From positions 124,001 to 188,000 of the forward strand of contig CAXHJY010000075.1 of assembly GCA_964016885.1 (NCBI GenBank): a stretch of DNA of 64,000 bases, given 5' to 3'. The translations under genes and the position numbers were made by a program. This DNA is from Eledone cirrhosa. Lineage: Eukaryota. The notes beneath the pieces are model-generated. The model ran no database searches. It worked only from the letters and a program-made list of their open reading frames with translations, and was not told where the DNA came from. Shown in pieces: positions 28,004 through 41,460 of this stretch (positions are counted from its first letter, which is position 1; each line of letters starts with the position of its first letter).

Positions 28004-30641
28004 CAGGCATGTCAAACATGTGGTCCGCGGGCCGCATGCAGCCTGCACAAAGGTTTCTACAGCGCGAACATGTTTTATCTTCGTAATATAAAATTAAAAA
28101 AATTTCGATATGATTGTTTTTTTTACCGATTTTTGTCAACTATTTTTAACTTCCGGCGAATCACGCGTAGCTCATTAACAGTTGCAAACAGAAAACTTTC
28201 TTTCAAAATTTCAAAAGATTTTTCTTTTAAAATGGCTAGTGATCCTCCATCTAAGAGAAAAAGGAAATTGAACGAAGAAGAACGAGTGTTTCAAGAAAAA
28301 TGGGAATTACAGTATTTTTGCACAACCGTGAGCGCAAAGATACACTGTTTAATAAAATAAAAAAAATGTTTCGTTTTGATTGCTTTTTTTTTTTTGTGAG
28401 ATTTTAGTCAACTATTTTTAACTTCCGGCGAATCACACGCAGCTCATTAACAGTCGTAAACAGAAAACTTTCTTTCGAAATTTCAAATTTTTTTTTTTTA
28501 AATGGCTAGTGCTCCTCCAGCTAATAGAAAAGGCAAATTGAACTAAGAAAAGCGAGTGTTTCAAGAAAAGTGGGAATTACAGTATTTTTGCACAACGGTG
28601 AACGGAAAGATACACTGTTTAATTTGTAACAATTGCATCGCCACACCAAAAGAGTACAAATTGAAAAGGCATTATGAAGCGAACCATCGATCTTACGATA
28701 AATATGAAGGCCCAATGCGTGTTTCAAAACTCAAGGAATTGAAGGTTAACTTGACACAGCAACTGACCTGTTTTATGTTAATTCAGGAAGAGAATGTTGC
28801 TTCCGTTACTGCAAGCTATGAACTCAGCCAAATGATAGCGATGAGTGGGAAATCTTACAATAAAGGAGATTTTGTAAAGCAATGCTTTGTAAAAACATCT
28901 GAAATTGTATGTCCAGAGAAAGCACAGTTATTCAAAAACATTTCATTAACCAGGAACACTGTTGCTGAACGGATTGATGAAGTGTCAGGTGATCTGAAAC
29001 AACAGTTGAAGGCTGTATCATCAAGGTTTGAAGATTCTTCTATTGATGAGACCTTTGACATCACTGGAATAGCATGTTTACATTCTTGATCAGGGCTTAT
29101 GACAGTGAATTTAATATTTATGAAGAACTGATTGAACTGGTCCACATGTATGAAACTATAACAAGCCAGGACATCTTTGAGAAGGTCGAGCAGGTTCTGC
29201 ATGACTATAGTTTTGATTTGATTAAACTTGCATGCTTTGAGTAAACGATGCTGCGAATATGGTTGGCAGATATAATGGTGTTACTGCCAAGTTACGAACA
29301 AAAATAGAAAACTCGCATCCAGATTCATCATTTACACATTTTCACTGAATTATTCATCAGCAAAATTTGTGTTCAAAGATTTTAATATTGCATCATGTGC
29401 TTAGCTTGGTCACAAAGACAGTGAACTATATCAGAGACCGTGCTCTCAACCGCAGTGAGTGCAGCCAGTTGTTTGAAGATATGGAACATCAGTTCACTGA
29501 TGTTCCATTCTACACAGAAGTCTGCTGGTTGTCATGTCACAAAGTGTTGAAAAGATTCTATTTGTTGAAACAGGAAATAATTGTTTTTGGAGACGAAATG
29601 TCAAAACGCAGATGAAATAAAAGATGAAAGTTGGCTCCAAGATCTGGCTTTTGCTGTGGATATTACTGCATAATTAACTGATCTTAATTTGAAATTACAA
29701 GGTAAAAACAAACTCATCACTCAGTTGTATGATGACATCAAGTGCTTCATTAGAAAACTAAGATTATGGAAGTCACAATTGTCAAATGGAAATTTAATTC
29801 ATTTTCTTATGTGTAAAGAGCTGAAAAACACTGCTAATACTGATTCTGTACTTAGCTTTGCTAAGTATGACAGCCACCTGGAATCTCAAGAAAGATTTTG
29901 TGATTTCTCATTTTTTGAATATCAGTTCGCATTATTCTCAGTACCATTCACCTTTGATGTTGCCAAGGCAGAAGAAAGCCTGCAGATGGAACTATTGGAA
30001 ATGCAGTCGGATTTTACACTCAGAGCAAAGTATCTTGAAGTAGGGATACCTGGTTTCTTTTCTTACTTGCCTGAAAAGTTTAAAAACTTCAGAAAGTTTG
30101 CCACAAAGATTATGGCAATGTTTGGTTCTACCTATGTGTGTGAGCAGTTATTTTCCTTCGTGAAATCAACAAAAACTTCTCAGAGAACAAGGATGACTGA
30201 TCAACACTTGGCATCTCTGATCGAAGTCGGAACCGTACAAATATTTCAGCCACACATACCAAATATTGTCAACAAAAAGAGGTGTCAAGCCTCAGGACAA
30301 AACACTAAAAATGATTGAATAGTAGCAAATAAATGTTCAGTTTTGAACTGTTGTAAATTTTGTACAATGTATTTGTTGCTGTTGCTAACTGCAAGTATAT
30401 GTTGCCATTTAAAATTTTAGATTTTTGTCAAACCACTTCATTTCTATGTATTCACGAATGCTGCTAAAATATTTGTATGTACATTGTATGTTTCTAAATT
30501 TAAGTAACAAACTTTTCTACAATAAATTTTATTAAATGACTTTAATTAGTTGTAATGTGCACAATTAGTTGTCGTGTGCGGCCCTCAGACAAAACACATA
30601 TGTGACCCATGTGGCCCTTGGGGGACCCTCAGTTTGACATG
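28004..30641 (+). mobile_element. Buster/Charlie-type hAT transposon; transposase pseudogene ~28502-30318
   Basis: TIRs CAGGCATGTCAAAC / GTTTGACATG; 8-bp TSD CCCTAC/TAG; FQEKWELQYF, CLIC..LKRHY BED finger, ISLTRNTVAERI, DETFDI, HCIIHQ-like, MFGSTYVCEQLFS. Confidence 0.9.
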
Positions 30642-30649
30642 CCCTATAG

Positions 30650-30834
30650 CAGGGTTTCCCAAACTTTTTCAAACGCGGAACCCTTTTTGGTTCAGAAACT
30701 TTTGAGGGAATCTCAAAGTCTAATACTGTTATATGGTCGTATTATAAATATACCCTCTACCATTTTTTCACGGAACCCCAGACACTCCTTTGCGGAACTC
30801 TTGAGTTCCGCGGAACCCACTTTGGGAACCGCTG
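30650..30834. mobile_element. 185-bp hAT MITE
   Basis: TIRs CAGGGTTTCCCAAA / TTTGGGAACCGCTG; 8-bp TSD CCCTATAG (30642-30649) and CTCTATAG (30835-30842); repeated CGGAACCC. Confidence 0.87.
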
Positions 30835-31551
30835 CTCTATAGAATGTTGATGTAGAGTTTCCACTGATTGCCGTTTCGGCCTGGTAGCGGACTGTGAGTG
30901 CCTGAGCGTACTCTGGGTGCCAGGTGCCTATTTGTTGGTCTTTGCTTAACCCAGGACTGCAGCTCCATTAATGAGATCAGCTGTGGAAAAGCTTGTCTCA
31001 CGAACGACGATCACGCCGGTTCACCGGTCATGAATACCTGGAGATGGCGTAGCCTCAGCGCGTGTTTGCGCATCATCAACCACAGCATGCACCCCCACCT
31101 GTGTGAAGGTTGTGGGAATCAGATGGAGCTCCTCATCAATGGAGCCTGCCTCTTCCATAAAAACTGGAAGAGTACACGCTCCATTTTGGCGAGGGGATCA
31201 CGGAGACAAGGCACATGACTAATAGTCTTTCGTACACCAACGTTCTACGTTTTCGAAATATTTATTAACCTCGTATTTTGGTTTTTGCTAATGTTTACTT
31301 CTTCGGATTCTTTAAAATTAAAATAACTCTTTAAAGGTTATAGAGAGAGAGAGAGTGAATATAAATGGTCGTTTATTTTTCAAAATACTGGTTCAAATAT
31401 TTATTCTCGCTGTCATTGATCATTATCAGGTCGACTAAGTGGATCTCTTATTATTTCTAGTCAAATATGGTTTGTTTGCATGTATGTGTTTATGTATATA
31501 TGTACTATGTATGTGTGTATATGTATGCATGTGCACATATATGTATATATA

Positions 31552-31622
<71 letters not shown>

Positions 31623-31623
31623 T

Positions 31624-31809
31624 AGTTTTAATATAGATGAGATTCTACAGGACTAGAACTGTTTCATTCATTAGAAATCATCTGATGATTTCTAATGAAT
31701 GAAACAGTTCCAGTCCTGTAGAATCTCATCTATATTAAAACTTTTATACTCTGCTATGTATTGAGTACTTTACTTACTGTGGTTACCTCCGATTCAACCC
31801 GGAATAACG
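31624..31809 (+). mobile_element. Tiny PLE-type fold-back: 119-bp palindrome plus tail, with a truncated hammerhead motif
   Basis: Palindrome 31624-31742 with one mismatch; CTGATGA 31682-31688, GAAAC 31701, GTC 31713; tail shares GTATTGAGTACTTT with 43113-43126. Confidence 0.72.
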
Positions 31810-32264
<455 letters not shown>

Positions 32265-33386
32265 TGTTGTAGTTGAAGTAGTAAAATCAAGCCCAGCCAA
32301 TGTCAGCAGTGGCGTCCCGCAAGGCACTGTGTTGAGCCCACTTCTTTTCATCATCTACATTAATGACATTACTGACATCATCAAGCACTGCAACATCACA
32401 ATCTTCGCAGATGATTCCAAGCTCCAAAGGGTCATCAATGAGGTGGGTGACCGGACTTGCCTTCAGTCAGACCTAATGGCTGTTATCCAATGGGCAGAGA
32501 TGAATAATATGCTGTTGAATGAGGGTAAATTTGAACTAATCCACTTTGGAAAAAAGGATACCCTGAAACTACCATACTCTCTTCATTCGGGTGAAACTCT
32601 AGTGGCTTCCAATAACATCAGAGACCTGGGAGTAATTGTGGACAACAACATAAGCTGGGTCACTCATATAAACAGCAAAGTTGATATGGCCCGCTGAATG
32701 CGTTCCTGGATTCTTAGAACTTTCCAGTCGAGAGATATCCACACTGTTATCCTTCTCTTCTCCACTTTTGCCCGACCCCACCTTGAATACTGTTGTCAAC
32801 TGTGGTCACCCCACATGAAACAAAGTATTATGAAAGTTGAAGCAGCCCAAAGATCAATTACAAAAAAGATAGATGGCATGACAGGCCTTGACTATTGGAG
32901 TCGATTAGAAAAGCTCGAACTTTATTCTCTCCAGCGTCGCCATGGGCGCTACATTATCTGCATGGTGAGGAAAATATTCCATCAGCTTTGCCCAAATGAT
33001 GTTGGCATTACCTTTAGTGTACACGCAAGGCGTGGGCCCCGTGCTATCCGCTCACGACAAAAATCTCACTCGCATCACATAACAACAATACGGCACAATT
33101 ATTTCACCTCAATTGCCCCACTCTCTTTAACATTACGCCAAGACACATCAAAGCAGAGACAGACCCCATCAAGTTCAAGAAGTCTTTGGATAAATTCCTT
33201 CAAGAAATCCCGGATAAGCCTCCAACACTCGGATATGCCTCCGTAAACAATAATTCTCTGCTCGAGTGGGCTATGGTGCCCAAACACTGATTTGTAAGAC
33301 TTCACCAGGTGGTGCTATTAAGTTAGACATGGCCTGGAACAATACTGGCCGAAACCTATCAAAGTTATCAAAGTTATCAAAGTTAT
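32265..33386 (+). mobile_element. 5'-truncated CR1-group LINE (RT C-terminal half) with an (AAAGTTATC)n tail
   Basis: [64 protein letters not shown]; one TGA and a frameshift. Confidence 0.88.
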
Positions 33387-33597
33387 ATACATATATATAT
33401 GCATATATATATATATATATACATATAGTTATACATATATATATATTGTTATACTTTGGGAGGGTCATGTTGCCAATAAGAAACACACGCACCAGTTGTT
33501 CTCACTCCAATTTTTTATAAATTAAATTATAAATTTAAAAATTTATAAATTTCCGGTTGGTTGGTTGGTTCCACAACCGGACGGTTGTTCATATATT

Positions 33598-33640
33598 GTC
33601 AAAGTTCTTTCGTCACACATTCTGTGACCTCTTCAGTGAC
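33598..33640 (-). ncRNA. Minimal type I hammerhead ribozyme motif (inverted-arm copy)
   Basis: Exact reverse complement of 36511-36553. Confidence 0.7.
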
Positions 33641-34375
33641 TGGGAATTCTTTTCTTTGTTTTGTACCTCTCCTTTGTTCTGTCCTACGCCGTTTTGTTTT
33701 TGTGTTTGTTGTGTGCTTAGTTTGCGCATGTGTTACATCCGGGTGTCTGTGTATGTTTTTATTTGTTTATTTATTTGTTTATTTATATGTTACTAGTTGG
33801 CTGTTTCTTCTATGTGTGTGTGTTTTCATTTTGTCCTTAATTGTAAGTTGTGATGTTGCTATTCCATTCATGTTTCCTATTTAATTTTGGTTGGAGTTCA
33901 TTTATGTTTATTGCCTCTGTGATTTGTCTAAACATTGCGTCTTTTCTGTGTGTAGATTTTATTTTTATTTCTATGTTCTATAATTTGCCCTTATGTTCTA
34001 TTTTAGCATTTTGGTGGAGTACTAATGAGTCTTTTCTATCTTGAAGCTCTCGCCAGTGTTCATTTAATCGTTCCCCTATACTATGAGTTGTCTCACCTAT
34101 GTACACTCGATCCTTATCTTTACATTGTCCTTCAGTACATCTTATGCTATATACTATGGTTCTAGTTTTGCAGTTAAAATGGGGGGCTTAGTTTACAGAT
34201 TATGCATTTCTTATCTATACAGGAAGGTCTTTGAAAAGGGTATGTATTACTAATAAGTGTTTTTATAGAGGTACCTGGTCTTTCTACTATCTTAATATTT
34301 AGTTTAAGTTTATCTAGGACCCTTCTAAATTTGTAAGCTAGTTCACCTCTAGGGGTTGTAATGTAGACAAACATA

Positions 34376-36322
34376 ATGCAGCCCAATAAAAGGACTGCCA
34401 ACAACTTAAAGGCCTGGAACAATGATGTGCCAGCGTTGTATGGGCTTCGAAAAGACCATAAAACGAGCAGTGACCCCGTCACAGGACCACCATCACCGCC
34501 AATCTGTGGAGCTAACATTGCTAGTAACTACAGACTTTCTTACTTCCTCTCCGTGATCGTACGCCTCATCATTGAAATGTCCCCAGATATATGTGACAGC
34601 ACAGAGGACCTCCTCGGCGGAATCAGCGAAAATAACCGATCTAGGGACCTAACAAACTGCAGAATAGGTAGTATGGATGTAGTGTCCCTATACCCATCCA
34701 TTGGCGTGGATTTTGCTGTGGAGAAATGCGTAGAAATGATCAGTGAGAGCAATGTTGAATTCCGTGGGATAGATACCAGTGAGCTGGGACTCGTACTTAA
34801 ACTTACTTATAGTAATGATTATCTAGATACGTATGACCTTAGCAACCTCTGCCCCACAAGGCCAGCAAGAGGCAGACCACCTACCATTACCTCAATGGCC
34901 AAGAAAACCCACACAGAAAGATGGAACGGGTGGACCAGAACCATACGGACCCCCGAAAACCATGATGAACTAAAGAAAATGATTGCACATGTGGTGGGGG
35001 CCAGTATAAAACTAAGCCTTAAGGAACATATGTTCAAATTTAATGGAAAAACATATGCCCAAGAGGAGGGAGCAGCCATTGATGTTAGCATTGCAGGTGA
35101 CATAGCTAACCTATTCATGGTATGGTGGGACAATAAACTTAAAGAACAATTAGAAGACAGCAACCTCTTAACCCTGATAATGTACTCTCACTACGTTGAT
35201 GATATATACATCGTAGTAAAAACACCCCAACTAGAGAACAGTCAGGAAATAGAGAAAAACACCATGGTAAGCATCCAGCAAATAGCTAACTCCATCCACC
35301 AGAGTATTAGAGTTACTATAGACTACTCAAGCAAACACCCCAACCATCGATTACCTGTACTAGACACAGAGCTCTGGTTAGATACCATTAACAACAAAAA
35401 ACAAATCCTCCATTCCCATTATGCCAAACCCATGACTTCCAAATATCTGATCCACCGAAACTCAGCTGTTTCGGACCATACCAAAATCAACATACTGATT
35501 GCGGATTTGGTATGGGTGATGAGAAACGTGTCCCGCATGTGCAACCCCGAAGAACTAGAGAGACACATACAACACTTCATCAACCGTATGCAGTTCTCTG
35601 GTTACAATCAGAGAGATAAAATCAGAGTGTATAGAGGAGCCAGAACCAAATGGGAAAAAATGGTAAATAATGACACAAATGGGACCTGCCCCTTGTATAG
35701 GAGCAAATTTTGGAATAGAATAGAAAGAACTAGGAATAAGGCTAATAGAATAAACTCATGGTATGATAGCAATAAATACCAGAGTGTAATGTTCATCGAT
35801 ACAACCCCTAGAGGTGAACTAGCTTACAAATTTAGAAGGGCCCTAGATAAACTTAAACTAAATATTAAGATAGTAGAAAGACCAGGTACCTCCATAAAAA
35901 CACTTATTAGTAATACATACCCTTTTCAAAGACCTTCCTGTATAGATAAGAAATGCATAATCTGTAAACTAAGACCCCATATTAACTGCAAAACTAGAAC
36001 CATAGTATATAGCATAAGATGTACTGAAGGACAATGTAAAGATAAGAATATAGTGTACATAGGTGAGACAACTCGTAGTATAGGGGAACGATTAAATGAA
36101 CACTGGCGAGAGCTTCAAGATAGAAAAGACTCATCAGTACTCCACCAACATGCTAAAGTAGAACATAAGGGCAAATTATAGAACATAGAAATAAAAATAA
36201 AATCTACACACAGAAAAGACGCAATGTTTAGACAAATCACAGAGGCAATAAACATAAATGAACTCCAACCAAAATTAAATAGAAAACATGAATTAAATAG
36301 CAACATCACAACTTACAATTAA
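34376..36322 (+). pseudogene. PLE reverse transcriptase plus C-terminal GIY-YIG endonuclease; premature TAG at 36179
   Basis: LYGLRKDHK, GSMDVVSLYPSI, YVDD, LPVLD, YAKP, IVYSIRC...YIGETTRSIGERLNEH; the frame continues past the TAG through RQITEAINI..LNRK to TAA at 36320. Confidence 0.9.
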
Positions 36323-36510
36323 GGACAAAATGAAAACACACACACATAGGAAAAACAACCAACTAGTAACATGCAAAAAAATAAACAAATAAAAACATAC
36401 ACAGATACCCGAATGTAATTCATGCGCAAACTAGGCACACAACACAAACAAAAACAAAATGGCGTAGGACAGAACAAAGGAGAGGCACAAAACAAAGAAA
36501 AGAATTCCCA

Positions 36511-36553
36511 GTCACTGAAGAGGTCACAGAATGTGTGACGAAAGAACTTTGAC
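36511..36553 (+). ncRNA. Minimal type I hammerhead ribozyme motif in the PLE 3' UTR
   Basis: GTCA-CTGAAGA-G-GTCACA(GAATG)TGTGAC-GAAA-G(AA)C-TT-TGAC. Confidence 0.7.
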
Positions 36554-36802
36554 AATATATGAACAACCGTCCGGTTGTGGAACCAACCAACCACCTGGAA
36601 ATTTATAATTTTTTTAATTTATAATAAATTGGAGTGAGACAATTGGTGCGTGTGTTTCTTATTGGCAACATGAACCTCCCAAGGTATAACAATATCGGTT
36701 TCAACACACATTTTCAGATAAAGAATCTTGCTAAACAAATTCAGAAACCATATATATATATAAAGATATATATAAATACATATATATACATATATTATAC
36801 AT

Positions 36803-36846
<44 letters not shown>

Positions 36847-37305
36847 AATGAGGGCGCTGCGGAGTTGCAAATGAAAAAAGTTACATATGAAGTTACATAT
36901 GAAAAAGTTTGTCCTTCATCAGTGATCTTCCAACCATCATAGGCATTTCATCGCTTTAAAGACCATATACCTCCGGTTGGTGCGAGCAACGGCTAAAAAA
37001 AAGTCGTTGGGACACGTAAATAAAGGGGACGCGAGGGTAAACAAACAAAATGGTGAAGCAACAGAAAGTGAGGAAGAAAGAGACAAGTCCCAGATTTCTA
37101 TGAATTTAAATTCGGTGAAATCGTGAACGAGAGACTATAGACCATCAAACCTGGTTGAAATGTGAGCAAGGAAGGAATTTCGCACATGTCTAACGGGAGG
37201 AAGAAGGGGTCTGGTCTGCGAATTCGGTAAACATAAGTTCTGTGAAATCGTAGACGAGAGAGAGAAAAAAAATTCATACCAGCTTGGCCAGCGTGCGAGA
37301 GAAAA

Positions 37306-37507
<202 letters not shown>

Positions 37508-37893
37508 TTCACAAGAATCAAAGCTATGTTCAAAGCATTTATTCACTTACAATTGTTTCATCCAATCCTAGACTTGTAGTCTCCAGAACATTTTTCAATG
37601 CTTGTACATATAATTGACCTCCTATCTAACGCAAGAGACATGCAGATACATATATATATAGTGATGTACAGTGGAGTGACATATATTATACTATACTATA
37701 TATGTACTGCAATTCAAATTTAAAATCAAAATCAAAATTAAAATTAAAATTAAAATACATGCGGCAGATAACACAGATAATGTAAGAGGATAGTTTGATA
37801 GTCAGGTCTAGTAGGTAGTGTATGCGTTAGTTACACATGGAGCATGCAAGTTTGTCTCATTTTTATACTATTATTGTGTGGCAAGGTGTTACA

Positions 37894-40546
37894 TGTAATG
37901 CAAGCACTTTAAGCGGGTAAGCAAGAGTATTATGGTGGTTGTAGTGGTAGGGTATTTTTTGTATAGATCAAAAATGTATGTGTGCAGAAAAATAAAAATA
38001 AAAAGAAATTTATAGTTTTCACATCCACCACCATTTTAACATTCAGAAAAAGGAAGACATAGTTTTTACATCCATCACATAAGTTACGATGATTTCTTAT
38101 TGAATGTTTGATGCATTAAATTATTGTTGCGTATTGAGGCTCAGTATTATTTAATCCATATTTATAGAATATGTTCTTACTGCGGCGAGAATTTACAGTG
38201 GTTTATTACCCGGAAGTAGGTGTGTAATTAAGGGGAGTTAATGCGTAAGGGGAGGTAACTAACTGATTCTCATAACTAAATTCATTGTTCTAACATACAT
38301 TATATGGTGCCTCAATTGAGTCGCTTATATAAAAGGTTATATATATTTAATTTTCAATTTTAAATACAGTCTACTCTATCATAATGTATTAAATGTATCT
38401 ATAGGAAGTTGATTACTCTTTATTATATATCGCTATAATTGTATTTCCCACACAAAGTGCTATATCTTTATATAAAAATTCACTGCAAATACAGTCTACT
38501 CTCAAAACATATCAGACGACCTATTAGAATTTTGTCTACATAACCCCTGGTAAGCTATGGAGCAGCGTATGGCTGTTTGCATGATAAAATCAAATACACC
38601 TCTTGGGTAGAAATACACCTCTTGGGATAAAAACTTCCCATCTGGCCACAAATACCATAGTATTGTAAATAAAAACACCATTAAAATCTCCTACTCTACC
38701 ACGCCTAACATAGCATACCACATAGCTAGTAGCAATAAAAGAAAGATTAATACTTACTTTCAACAAACTAAAACACAGCAGGGGTAAACTTTCAAAACAA
38801 CGTAATAGCTGCAAATTAATAGTAATAATAGTAATAACACTAATGAAATCAATATCATTCGGAGCGACAACCCCCATAGCCATAATGCAATACCTAGCAA
38901 CCGGACTTCTACACAACATAATAACTGACAGGTTAACATCCAAAATAATTGTAACTGTAGATCTAATAGAACCTGCCCTTTAGGTAAAAAACTGCTTAAT
39001 CAGGGACATCATCTACTCATGCACGGTCAGAACTAGCAACTCTTCTGAAACTTATATAGGCTCTACTTCGAACTGCTTCAAAACCAGATACAATTCACAT
39101 CTCCATTCTATCAAAAAACACAATCTAGCCAACTCCACTTCACTATCTATCTAGTTACATACACTATCTGAAAACTAGAAATAGATGATATACACTTCAA
39201 TGGGAAGTGATAGGTAAGGCGGCATCGTACAGACCACTTAATAAATTCTGTAAGCTCTGTCTACTAGAGACCCATACTATAATCTTTTCGAACCTTAACC
39301 TCCTTAATAAAATATCGGAAGTGTTTGCGTCGTGCCAGCACCGCTTCCGACACTCCTTCCAAAACTTTAAACCCAATATATAACAATGTCAGACTTGAAC
39401 CCATCACTGCTTCTAACACCACACCTCATGGGCATGCCTTACACCACTACACCACACTCTCTGATCCACCCTTCCCTCGACACAAATCATTCTATCTATC
39501 TATAACTTTAAATCCTAGAAATATCCCCATAAACACCAACTTTTAATATAATTACTTTCAATTACTTATAATTATATAGGGATAGAAATATAATACAGTC
39601 TATATAAACTTTAAATACTAGATACGGCAGTGAATTATATATGCAATTGTAATTAAATGTATGGAGTAATAACATTAGATATATATAGGATTAATTTATT
39701 AACATAAGGGATCTGTCTAACTTATATGTAGGGGGGTGCAATGAATTATATATGAATTATATATGAATGTATAACTTGATGGATAGATTAATGACATTGT
39801 AAATGAGGGATGTATTTGTCTACCCAAGAGGTGTATTTGATTTTATCATGCAAACAGCCATACGCTGCTCCATAGCTTACCAGGGGTTATGTAGACAAAA
39901 TTCTAATAGGTCGTCTGATATGTTTTGAGAGTAGACTGTATTTGCAGTGAATTTTTATATAAAGATATAGCACTTTGTGTGGGAAATACAATTATAGCGA
40001 TATATAATAAAGAGTAATCAACTTCCTATAGATACATTTAATACATTATGATAGAGTAGACTGTATTTAAAATTGAAAATTAAATATATATAACCTTTTA
40101 TATAAGCGACTCAATTGAGGCACCATATAATGTATGTTAGAACAATGAATTTAGTTATGAGAATCAGTTAGTTACCTCCCCTTACGCATTAACTCCCCTT
40201 AATTACACACCTACTTCCGGGTAATAAACCACTGTAAATTCTCGCCGCAGTAAGAACATATTCTATAAATATGGATTAAATAATACTGAGCCTCAATACG
40301 CAACAATAATTTAATGCATCAAACATTCAATAAGAAATCATCGTAACTTATGTGATGGATGTAAAAACAATGTCTTCCTTTTTCTGATTGTTAAAATGGT
40401 GGTGGATGTGAAAACTATAACTTTCTTTTTATTTTTATTTTTCTGCACACATACATTTTTGATCTATACAAAAAATACCCTACCACTACAACCACCATAA
40501 TACTCTTGCTTACCCGCTTAAGGTGCTTGCATTACACCTCCTTCGT
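37894..40546 (+). mobile_element. Naiad-type PLE fragment (GIY-YIG region) with ~717-bp inverted arms
   Basis: 37894-38610 is the reverse complement of 39820-40536. Core translates NKNTIKISYSTTPNI, CNCRSNRTCPLGKNCL..IIYSCTV..TYIGSTSNCFKTRYNSH and CKLCLLE..LNK..E..SCQH. Confidence 0.88.
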
Positions 40547-40570
40547 TATATATATATATATATATGTATG

Positions 40571-40676
<106 letters not shown>

Positions 40677-40715
40677 CATATATATATATATAAATTTCGT
40701 TTCATTTTTTCCCTT

Positions 40716-40746
<31 letters not shown>

Positions 40747-40905
40747 AAATTTTCGCTCTACATGGCTGAATACAATAAATGTTATCTGAGTTTTTCGGTT
40801 TACATGCCAACACAAGAGAAGAATGAGGGGCTCATTCTACTGACACGGCTTTAGAAATGAGACTTATTTTCATAATTGCAAACGAATCGAATATTATTAT
40901 TAATA

Positions 40906-41095
40906 GGGTGAATTGGTTGTTTCGGTAGAGGGTCGGACGCCATGCTTTGACGCATGGAGTTACGGCCCTTGCCATTCTGAATTCAAATCCTGCCGAGGTT
41001 AACTTTGCCTTTCATCCTTTCGGGGTCGATAAAATAAAGTACCAGTAATGTACTGGGTATTTGCTGGCCTTGTGCCAATAGTAGAAACAATTATT
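40906..41095 (+). mobile_element. tRNA-derived SINE
   Basis: Family head, central domain and 3' end. Confidence 0.87.
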
Positions 41096-41408
41096 TATAT
41101 TCAAAAAACTCATAAATAACATTTATATATTTATACATATATACGTATGAATATGTATGAATGTGTGTGTGTGTGTGTGTATGAGTGTGTGTGTATGTAC
41201 ATCTATGTATGCGTATACATGTATGTTTGTTCTTCTGGCTATATTATATAATTTTTTTCCACCATCACTGAGACCTAGTTTTTAAGACAGACACAAGACT
41301 CATCGGAATTTAGACTACATCAAGCAGGTAATTGTGTATGTATGTATATATGTATATATGTATATGTGTATGTATGTATGTATGTATGTATGTATGTATG
41401 TATGTATG

Positions 41409-41442
<34 letters not shown>

Positions 41443-41460
41443 TGTATGTATGTATGTATG

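Larger units (their letters stand above)
27129..31217 (-). mobile_element. 5'-truncated Tx1 LINE (27129-28003 and 30835-31217) split by two hAT insertions
   Basis: FLCLVAMAKEVIWWTRLKGLK matches the other ORF2 C-termini; 3' end CCCTTGTGGCAAATAAAGAAATCTATC; ORF2 homology resumes after 30842. Confidence 0.85.
33443..36748 (+). mobile_element. Penelope-like element (Nematis/Neptune-like), 5'-truncated, with a ~900-bp inverted copy of its 3' end
   Basis: 33443-34360 is the reverse complement of 35800-36695; RT plus GIY-YIG ORF; flanked by (TA)n. Confidence 0.92.
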
